NCBI GenBank assembly: GCA_034717975.1 | Contig: JAYEMF010000106.1 | Location: forward strand, 12,966-35,807 | Source: Campylobacterota bacterium | Lineage (GTDB): Bacteria; Campylobacterota; Campylobacteria; Campylobacterales; Sulfurimonadaceae | Direction of reading: 5' to 3' | Length of the DNA stretch: 22,842 nt | Shown: in pieces, positions 8,484-15,021 of the stretch | Position numbering within the stretch: position 1 is the first letter of the stretch | Layout of the letters: every line of letters starts with the position of its first letter | Position numbers and translations under genes: made by a program | Notes under the pieces: model-generated | Database searches by the model: none | What the model was told of the DNA's origin: nothing | The model's input: the letters and a program-made list of their open reading frames with translations, nothing else

Positions 8484-9475
8484 TGTGCGGCTTTATAGTA
8501 AAAATCATCAGAGGGCAGTTTACCGCCGATGCTTTTGGGATTGTCATCGCGAAGTACATTAAAGAAAAATTCCAGCTCTTTTTTCGCTTTGGCGGCATCG
8601 ACGCTGTCTATATTGACATGGGCAATGGAATCGGCCAATCCCTCTTCTTCTAACATTGGAAGTGTCTGAACGACCAGATTGCCGGCTTTTTTGGGATGGC
8701 TTTTATACCATGCAAGCGATTTTCTGTACTCTTCCAAGAAGCGTTTGATGATCTTTGGATTGTCCATCATCTTCCCCGTGACCGCCATACCGGCTTCGGG
8801 GATACGGGCATCGGTTTTGAAAACATTTGCCCACTCCTCCTGAAGGTCGGTGCTTCGGTAGAGATCCGGTGCAACAACGCTGACAGGGAATGATTTTGTT
8901 TTTCGCAGTGCGATCGAGATGGCAGGTTCAGCCAGCAGTGCATGATCGGCCCGACGCAGTATCAGCATCTGCATGGCATCGATCGGGCTGGCGACATAGA
9001 CGAGATCAAAATCCTTTTTCGGGTCAAGTCCCTGGCGTTTTAAGAGCTGGTTAAAGACAATATCGGGCATGTCGGAACGGAAAGGGACGACGATCTTTTT
9101 GCCTTTGTACTCTTTCAGTGTTTTAAGATCCTTGTCGCGGCTGATCATGCCGAGAATTCCCCAGACAGAGACATCGATCAGTTTCATATCGACCCCTTTA
9201 TTGTGCAAGATAGCGGCGGTATTGGTCGGGAGGGCCATAAAGTCGACATCGCCCTTGATCATCATGGCGCGAAGTTCATCCGGGTTTTTCCAGAGTCTGA
9301 ACTCGACTTTATCGGCAACATCTTTCAACGCACCGGTTTTTATCATATGGATAACCGGGTGCGAAACCGTGGCAAACGGACCGGCGATCACCAGCTTCTT
9401 CACTTTTTGATCGGCATAGGCGGAGGTGAAAGTTAGCAACAATATTGCTATTAGGACATAAGCTTTGTTTAGCAT
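8480..9475 (-). CDS. ABC transporter substrate-binding protein (NitT/TauT type)
   Basis: Signal peptide; GDVDF-x-ALPTN-x-AA, DMPD, ALLAEP and GGKLP-x-DDFY motifs; ATGA overlap with the permease. Confidence 0.9.
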   Translation of the reverse strand: MLNKAYVLIAILLLTFTSAYADQKVKKLVIAGPFATVSHPVIHMIKTGALKDVADKVEFRLWKNPDELRAMMIKGDVDFMALPTNTAAILHNKGVDMKLIDVSVWGILGMISRDKDLKTLKEYKGKKIVVPFRSDMPDIVFNQLLKRQGLDPKKDFDLVYVASPIDAMQMLILRRADHALLAEPAISIALRKTKSFPVSVVAPDLYRSTDLQEEWANVFKTDARIPEAGMAVTGKMMDNPKIIKRFLEEYRKSLAWYKSHPKKAGNLVVQTLPMLEEEGLADSIAHVNIDSVDAAKAKKELEFFFNVLRDDNPKSIGGKLPSDDFYYKAAQ

Positions 9476-9507
9476 GGCATTTTCCTTTTTTTAGAAATAA
9501 TGAGTTA

Positions 9508-9545
9508 ATTATAGCATTATATTGATATTAATAGTGATTATCATT
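9508..9545 (-). promoter_or_regulatory. Extended -10 promoter (TGcTATAAT) with upstream Fur-type box for the ABC-nnrS unit
   Basis: Minus-strand TGCTATAAT at 9516-9508; TAATAGT-G-ATTATCA at 9529-9543 (13/15 to TGATAAT-N-ATTATCA). Confidence 0.7.
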
Positions 9546-9563
9546 GATATTGGTCAAGAATTT

Positions 9564-9585
9564 TATAAATAGCTGGAGGCCCAGC
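9564..9585 (-). terminator. Possible weak intrinsic terminator after the TonB-dependent receptor
   Basis: Minus-strand GCTGG-GCCT-CCAGC followed by TATTTAT; short stem and poor U tract. Confidence 0.3.
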
Positions 9586-9629
9586 GTGCCGGAAGTGGAA
9601 AGTTTATAGGCTAAAGGCCTCGCCTTCCG

Positions 9630-11651
9630 TTAAAAACGGTAGGAGAGATCGAGTTTGATGTTGCGGCCGGGCGTCGCATAATCGAGCTCTTGCCAGGCAT
9701 ATGAGAGGTGGTCGTACGTTGTGGCGTCGAAGAGGTTTTCTGCGGCAACAGTAGCGCTGACACCCTGCTCTGTAATAATACCCAGGCGGATATCGGCCGT
9801 GGTATAGCCCGGTGTCTCTTTTTCACCCGTACCTGCTCTCTTTTGCCTGAGCGCACTTACTCCCGAGAGTTCGCTCCAGAACTCCTGGGTAAACAGATAG
9901 CCGGTGTAACGCACACCATAACGGATCTTTATCGGAGGAATCTGTGTCAGCGGCTTGTTATGCGTGATATCGTCGCCTCTGACAACCGAGAGTGATCCGA
10001 ACGTACTTACTTCGTCAGAAATAAAATACTCCCCGTCGGCTTCACCGCCATAAAGGCGTGCATCGGCAATATTTTGATAGAGAAAGCGGTACTCTGTCGG
10101 TGACGCCGCATCAGGATTACTGAGAATTTTTCGGATCATATCATCCACGCGGGTGTAAAAGAGGCTGAGCGATCCGATAAAGTTGCCGTTGCCGTAGCGC
10201 ACGCCTGCATCAAAATTCCAGCTCTTCTCGGGATTGAGGTTTGGGTTTCCGATATCCTGACCCGGACCATCGTGCGGACCGTAAAAGTAGCGCTCTATAA
10301 TGGTCGGTGAGCGAAATGCCCGTCCTACGTTGACAAAGAGAGTAAGGGGTTCGGCAGCTTTGTAGACGAGACCGATGCTCCCACTCAGGGCCGAGTCGCG
10401 ATCGAACTGCGCAGTAGTGATATAGTAGGGCGAGGGTGCCCCGTCAGTTTTTGCTTCAATAGTGTCGTAGCGAAGGCCAGCAGTCAGATTCAGCCGTTCA
10501 GCAGCGGCAAATTCATCTTGCAGATAGAGGCCGTAACCGGTACGCGCAGAGGGGGCCAGCACCGGTACGCCGTCAAAACCCGGTGCGGTCGGCAGATTCT
10601 TGATGGCCCGGCTTGAGTCAAGTGACTCGTTATAGTATTCGGCACCCGTCGTAAGACGGTGTGATTGGACGGGGGTAAGTACAAACTGAGCGCGCAGGGT
10701 ACGGGTGTCTTTGTCTACCTTGATATCAACCAGCCCATCGGGTTTCGGCTCGCGGATGCGGTGGCGGTTGTGTTCCTGCCAACTGGCCAGAAGTTCAAAA
10801 CGTTCCAATATATCGCTGTCGGGTTCATAGGCAATTTTGCCGTTGACCATAGTGTGCGTTTCATCTTTGTAGTAGTCGGATACAAAAGTTCGCGGTGCAG
10901 CGATGCCGATGTCGGCTTTACTCTGCCAGAGGTTGAGTTCCGTCGTCCAGTGATCGGTGAGGTAGTTACCCCCGGTCCAGAGTGTCGAGCCGTCATAATC
11001 GCTGAAGCGGATCTCTTCGTCGGGTGATTCAAGGTTGGAAGATTTTTTGTGGGTCCCCCCGGCATAGAGGTTGATATCGTCCATTCCGGCACTGATATGT
11101 GCTTTTTGCCTGAAGCCGTTGCCGTTGTTCTCAAATTGCAAGCCGACATCGCCTTCGACTCTCGTTTCGTCGCCTCGCTTTTTTGCGGCTTTTTTGGTGA
11201 TAAAGTTGACAACGCCGCCGATAGCGCCCGCACCGTAGAGTACCGAACCAGGTCCGCGTACGATCTCTACGCGTTCAATCTGTGCCGGATCGATAGAGAG
11301 GACATGGTTGCCTCCGGGGCGCTCATCGGAGAGGCGTACGCCATCAACCAGAACAAGTACCTGCTCATGCGAAAGGCCGCGGATGACGGGCATAATGCTT
11401 CCCGGACCGGCGCTGATGGCATCGACGCCCGGCGTATGGCGGAAAATATCGCCGATGGTGGCGACGCTCTTTTCAGCGAGCTCATCCGGGCCGATTACGG
11501 TGACCGGAACGGGCGCCTCTTCGATTTTGAGTGTTGGATTCTGGGTAGGCGTGATGGTTAGCGCTTCCATTGTATGGATCTGCGCGGCAGCAAGCGGTGA
11601 TGATACGGCCAGCGAAACGCCGGCCAGCCATGCCATGGATTTTATCTGCAT
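9630..11651 (-). CDS. TonB-dependent outer membrane receptor (possible metal-ion type)
   Basis: Signal peptide; plug motifs IRGL...VLVLVDG and IERVEIVRGPGSVLYG-x-GAIGGVVN; C-terminal ENLFD...PGRNIKLDLSYRF. Confidence 0.95.
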   Translation of the reverse strand: MQIKSMAWLAGVSLAVSSPLAAAQIHTMEALTITPTQNPTLKIEEAPVPVTVIGPDELAEKSVATIGDIFRHTPGVDAISAGPGSIMPVIRGLSHEQVLVLVDGVRLSDERPGGNHVLSIDPAQIERVEIVRGPGSVLYGAGAIGGVVNFITKKAAKKRGDETRVEGDVGLQFENNGNGFRQKAHISAGMDDINLYAGGTHKKSSNLESPDEEIRFSDYDGSTLWTGGNYLTDHWTTELNLWQSKADIGIAAPRTFVSDYYKDETHTMVNGKIAYEPDSDILERFELLASWQEHNRHRIREPKPDGLVDIKVDKDTRTLRAQFVLTPVQSHRLTTGAEYYNESLDSSRAIKNLPTAPGFDGVPVLAPSARTGYGLYLQDEFAAAERLNLTAGLRYDTIEAKTDGAPSPYYITTAQFDRDSALSGSIGLVYKAAEPLTLFVNVGRAFRSPTIIERYFYGPHDGPGQDIGNPNLNPEKSWNFDAGVRYGNGNFIGSLSLFYTRVDDMIRKILSNPDAASPTEYRFLYQNIADARLYGGEADGEYFISDEVSTFGSLSVVRGDDITHNKPLTQIPPIKIRYGVRYTGYLFTQEFWSELSGVSALRQKRAGTGEKETPGYTTADIRLGIITEQGVSATVAAENLFDATTYDHLSYAWQELDYATPGRNIKLDLSYRF

Positions 11652-11658
11652 AGTGGTT

Positions 11659-11749
11659 TCCTCTATAAGAAATTAGTACCAGGCCACACCTGTTTTGATG
11701 GTGCCTGTGATTTAAAAAATAGTCAATTGTTCTTCTTAGGTATAGAGAA
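11659..11749 (-). promoter_or_regulatory. Predicted SD-sequestering mRNA hairpin of the receptor gene
   Basis: mRNA UUCUCUAUA (11749-11741) is complementary to UAUAGAGGA (11667-11659, containing the SD); inner stem CAGGC/GCCUG at 11707-11680. Confidence 0.6.
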
Positions 11750-12116
11750 GTGTCGGTGGTGCGCGGGGGTTGGTAAAAAAGAGGGGTTTAGGCGAGGGGT
11801 GGTTTTTTCGTAAAGGATGATATCTGTCGCTTACAGTTACTTTTTCAGCACGGAAAATTGTTGGGATCTCAAAAGAGATGCCCTGTGCAAACAGTGTGAC
11901 AACACAGCTTGCTTCCTCTTTGGAGTCAGCGTGCAGAGCCGTTGGTTTGCCTTCTTCAGCGTGGAAGCTTTTGCCATGCAGCATGGCATGCAGATGGGGC
12001 GAGGTTGTCGCGATCTGCAGTACAAAGAGATAGGCTGAAAAGAGAACAATGATAAAGCTGAATGCAGGCGTCTTATGCCTTTTGCCGAAAAATAGCTGGT
12101 TTGTCATTACTGTCAT
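11736..12116 (-). CDS. DUF2946/CruR/CutF-like leader protein with C-terminal RAPP motif
   Basis: N-terminal hydrophobic helix, His cluster (HLHAMLH..H..H), single Cys (SCVVTLFAQG), Pro-rich tail ending PRAPPTLLYT; directly upstream of a TonB-dependent receptor. Confidence 0.75.
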   Translation of the reverse strand: MTVMTNQLFFGKRHKTPAFSFIIVLFSAYLFVLQIATTSPHLHAMLHGKSFHAEEGKPTALHADSKEEASCVVTLFAQGISFEIPTIFRAEKVTVSDRYHPLRKNHPSPKPLFFTNPRAPPTLLYT

Positions 12117-12125
12117 ACTACTGCA

Positions 12126-12539
12126 TTACACAAACATAAACTTTGCCAGCATAACCACCACCATCATCAGTGAAAAAAAGAGATAATGAAAGGTTATTGA
12201 AAACCATTTTACCTCTTTCATGCGCTGCATGATCTGCGGAACGAAATAAAACGTTATCCCCAATACCAGACCGACAGTGATTTTGATATAGAGCAGCATG
12301 TTTGCATCGCCGTGAAGATGCGGCATCAGTATATAGCCGCCGCTGAGCAGTAAGACAGCGACATTGACCATCATGATCTTCCGCGCTCTCATGCCGATGA
12401 GCTTGTCGATCTTCTGATAGGTCGAGGCATCAAAATGTGGAGTGAGCGACGGCACCACGAACGTTCTGAAAAAGACGGTACTGATGAACAGTATTGCAGC
12501 CATAAGATGGATGGTCTTTATCAGTGTATATATTTCCAA
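12126..12539 (-). CDS. Four-TM membrane protein, CopD-like
   Basis: IHLMAAILF in TM1, LLSG, IKI and FHY...MLAKFMF; TTG start with AAGGG RBS. Confidence 0.65.
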   Translation of the reverse strand: MEIYTLIKTIHLMAAILFISTVFFRTFVVPSLTPHFDASTYQKIDKLIGMRARKIMMVNVAVLLLSGGYILMPHLHGDANMLLYIKITVGLVLGITFYFVPQIMQRMKEVKWFSITFHYLFFSLMMVVVMLAKFMFV

Positions 12540-12589
12540 TGTTTACCCTTTCTTTCTTTCTGAATTTCTTTACAGTAGTGTATCTTAAT

Positions 12590-12604
12590 TGATATTAATT
12601 ATCA
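12590..12604. promoter_or_regulatory. Fur-type box
   Basis: TGATATT-A-ATTATCA, 14/15 to consensus. Confidence 0.75.
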
Positions 12605-12652
12605 TTAATATCGGATTCGTTTCAGAAAAAACACTTTAAATTTAAATATATA

Positions 12653-12667
12653 TGATAACGATTATCA
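12653..12667. promoter_or_regulatory. Fur-type box
   Basis: TGATAAC-G-ATTATCA, 14/15 to consensus. Confidence 0.78.
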
Positions 12668-12704
12668 ATATAATATATGCTTAAGGTTGAATAGACTACT
12701 ATAC

Positions 12705-12719
12705 TGATATCAATTATCA
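12705..12719. promoter_or_regulatory. Fur-type box
   Basis: TGATATC-A-ATTATCA, 13/15 to consensus, between a TACTAT -10-like hexamer and an AAGGA RBS. Confidence 0.7.
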
Positions 12720-12732
12720 AAAAGGATAAAAA

Positions 12733-12798
12733 ATGAAACGAAATTGGGAATTTGACCGAGTCTATAAACTTACTGCCGTCAATGGCTGCAACTATTAG
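12733..12798 (+). CDS. Putative 21-aa peptide MKRNWEFDRVYKLTAVNGCNY
   Basis: AAAGGA RBS correctly spaced; its TAG overlaps the AGGAGG RBS of the DUF2325 gene. Confidence 0.5.
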   Translation: MKRNWEFDRVYKLTAVNGCNY

Positions 12799-12807
12799 GA
12801 GGAAGTT

Positions 12808-13140
12808 ATGTCAATTCTAATCATAGGCGGCGATAAGATCGGCAGGATCGAAAATCTTGTGAAGTCTCTGGGAGCTACCAAAACGGCGCATTGGGACAGC
12901 CGAAAGAACTCAACCTCGCATAAACAGATACCTTCCGATACGGACGGCATCATTATGCTGACCGATTTTTTAAAGCACAATACGATGACGCATTTTAAAA
13001 AGGTAGCCAAAAAAGATGAGATCCCTGTGATGTTTGTACGCAGAGGGACCCGGCATGTGGCAACAAAATTTGCCAAACTGACAGAGATCTGCCATGAGCA
13101 ATGGAAAAACAGAATATTGAAAGGGGCTAAAGATGTTTGA
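12808..13140 (+). CDS. DUF2325 domain protein
   Basis: MSILIIGGD...HW-x-x-RK...IP-x-DTD-x-IIMLTDFL-x-HN...K-x-x-AKK-x-x-IP pattern; AGGAGG RBS. Confidence 0.85.
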   Translation: MSILIIGGDKIGRIENLVKSLGATKTAHWDSRKNSTSHKQIPSDTDGIIMLTDFLKHNTMTHFKKVAKKDEIPVMFVRRGTRHVATKFAKLTEICHEQWKNRILKGAKDV

Positions 13141-13189
13141 GATCAGCAACAAAAAGTCGATTGGAAAAATCGGCGGATGTACGTGTTAA
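13133..13189 (+). CDS. Putative 18-aa peptide MFEISNKKSIGKIGGCTC
   Basis: AAGGGG RBS inside the 3' end of DUF2325; ATG overlaps its last codons; ends in GGCTC. Confidence 0.5.
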   Translation: MFEISNKKSIGKIGGCTC

Positions 13190-13198
13190 AGAGCCGTC

Positions 13199-13258
13199 AT
13201 GCGTAAAATAGGATTTTACGCCAGCTCAACGGGAAATACGGAAAGTATTAGAATCTGA
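13199..13258 (+). pseudogene. fldA: 5' remnant of flavodoxin (19 aa)
   Basis: MRKIGFYASSTGNTESIRI* carries the flavodoxin FMN phosphate loop FY-x-S-x-TGNTE, then stops. Confidence 0.7.
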
Positions 13259-13288
13259 ACAGAGTAAATATTAAGGATAAAACTTACG

Positions 13289-13996
13289 ATGTATTTGTTT
13301 TTAAAACATGAGAGAGCTTACTCCTCTCACTATTTTTTACTGCTTTTGAGCATTTTGATGGTCTCGATGCTGCTCTATGTCGCCATCAAGCGAACAGAAC
13401 ATATAACGCTGACTCCTCCCATGCCGCCGGTTATTGAGAAAAGTGAGCGCAGGGTTGCCATTACTTTGAGTGCACCTCCTGTTCAGAAACAGCAGCCTAA
13501 ACCCATTGAAAAAGTAGTACCAAAACCTGTTGTTAAAAAAGTGGAAAAAACAGTTGAGCCGGTTGTCAAACCAAAATCTCTTCCGGAGCCGACAGTGGCA
13601 GAAATACCGATAGAAACGCTTGTGGAAGCGCAGCCGGTGGCGCAAGAGCCTCTGCCGGTCACTGTTCCTCAACCGCCTTTGCCGCCAAAACCGCTGTTTG
13701 ATGCTCAAATGAAATCCGAATTTATTGCCGGGCTTTATGCTGCACTTGAAGCCAATAAGGTGTATCCGAAAATGGCAAAGCGCCGCAAGTTAAGCGGCAC
13801 GGCACACATACATTTTACGCTGCATAAAGATGGGACGATCGAAGATGTCTATCTGGATGAGAGCTGCGGACACCGCCTGCTCGACAAAGCTGCGCTGAAA
13901 CTGGTAAAAGTGCTCGGCAGCTACCAGGCGATTCCTGATGCGGTCAGTCTTGTTGCTCTGGATCTGCATATCCCTGTCGCCTATAAACATCATTAA
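13289..13996 (+). CDS. tonB: Energy transducer TonB
   Basis: N-terminal TM, Pro/Lys/Glu-rich linker, YP-x-x-AKRR...G...F...DG...SCGH-x-LLDKAA C-terminal domain. Confidence 0.9.
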   Translation: MYLFLKHERAYSSHYFLLLLSILMVSMLLYVAIKRTEHITLTPPMPPVIEKSERRVAITLSAPPVQKQQPKPIEKVVPKPVVKKVEKTVEPVVKPKSLPEPTVAEIPIETLVEAQPVAQEPLPVTVPQPPLPPKPLFDAQMKSEFIAGLYAALEANKVYPKMAKRRKLSGTAHIHFTLHKDGTIEDVYLDESCGHRLLDKAALKLVKVLGSYQAIPDAVSLVALDLHIPVAYKHH

Positions 13997-14004
13997 GGAA
14001 AAAA

Positions 14005-14514
14005 GTGAATTTACAAAACTATATTGATCAGGGCGGCATGATCGTCCTTATTTTAATCGGTATGCTGGGCATTGGTTCTGTGATCATGCTGTGGAAATTT
14101 CTAACCATAGGCTTTATCCGTTTCAGAGGCGGTCATCTGTGTCGTGAATGCCATAAAAAGTTGCCGCCGCAAAGCGACATAGCCATGGTGGAGCTTGTAG
14201 TGCATGATGCTATGCATACCATAGAAAAGGGGCTTAGTACAGTCAAGATAATTGCTACCATAGCACCGTTGCTTGGGCTTCTGGGTACGGTTATCGGTAT
14301 CTTTACGGCTTTTCAGGGCATCTCCGAACATGGTCTCGGGGATCCCAGCTATTTTGCGGAAGGGATCTCGATGGCGATGATCACGACCATTGCCGGGCTC
14401 ATCGTCGCTATACCGCATTATGTCGGTTATAACTACATCGTCGGGATGATGGACAAACTCGAACTGGCTTTCACGCAGGAGCTTTATACCGAGCTAAGGA
14501 AGAGTGATGCGTAA
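14005..14514 (+). CDS. exbB: MotA/TolQ/ExbB proton channel protein
   Basis: [17 protein letters not shown] and GIS-x-AMITT-x-AGL-x-VAIP; short form; GTG start with AAGGA RBS. Confidence 0.92.
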   Translation: MNLQNYIDQGGMIVLILIGMLGIGSVIMLWKFLTIGFIRFRGGHLCRECHKKLPPQSDIAMVELVVHDAMHTIEKGLSTVKIIATIAPLLGLLGTVIGIFTAFQGISEHGLGDPSYFAEGISMAMITTIAGLIVAIPHYVGYNYIVGMMDKLELAFTQELYTELRKSDA

Positions 14515-14902
14515 AGCGCGTGAAACGATCGCGCCGGACCTGACGCCCGTCATTGACATCGTGTTTATCCTGCTGATCTTTTTTATGGTCACCTCCGTCT
14601 TTAAAAAAGAGGATGTCGCCCTGGCGCTGAACCTGCCGGAGTTGCATGCCGCTGCCAAGCCTACCGATAAGAAAACAGTCACGATCGAGCTGGGTGAAGA
14701 TGCCCTGGCTGTTGATGGAAAAACCTATACGTTTGAAGAGACAGGGACTCTGTTCGCAGGGTATGAAAAAGAAACGCTTCTGTCGGTACGCATTGATAAA
14801 AGCGTGCCTTATGAGCGAATTATGAAGCTGTTTGATCAGTTGCAGACACATCAGTTAACATCATTTTCGCTGATAGCCAATGAGGCGGAAGAGCAGAAGT
14901 AA
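14507..14902 (+). CDS. exbD: Biopolymer transporter ExbD
   Basis: [23 protein letters not shown] and IDKSVPY motifs. Confidence 0.93.
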   Translation: MRKARETIAPDLTPVIDIVFILLIFFMVTSVFKKEDVALALNLPELHAAAKPTDKKTVTIELGEDALAVDGKTYTFEETGTLFAGYEKETLLSVRIDKSVPYERIMKLFDQLQTHQLTSFSLIANEAEEQK

Positions 14903-14921
14903 TACCTTAAACAATCAGGAG

Positions 14922-14980
14922 TGATGGGCATCGATGAAAGGGCTGTTACATAGCTTTTTCATAGGTGCCTTGATGCATCA
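14922..14980 (+). other. Long imperfect RNA hairpin between exbD and the second receptor gene
   Basis: GGCATC-G-ATGAAAGGGCT pairs with AGCTTTTTCAT-A-GGTGCC (with G-U pairs); flanking TGATG/CATCA. Confidence 0.5.
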
Positions 14981-14991
14981 TTATTATTTAA

Positions 14992-15006
14992 TGATAATAA
15001 TTATTA
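14992..15006. promoter_or_regulatory. Fur-type box
   Basis: TGATAAT-A-ATTATTA, 14/15 to consensus, just before the AAGGA RBS of the receptor gene. Confidence 0.72.
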
Positions 15007-15021
15007 TTATAAGGAACATAG

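Noticed and set aside
9611..11676. Several 64-172 aa alternative-frame and antisense ORFs within the first receptor gene (and similar ones elsewhere)
   Set aside because: Shadow ORFs of well-supported genes with no recognisable motifs.
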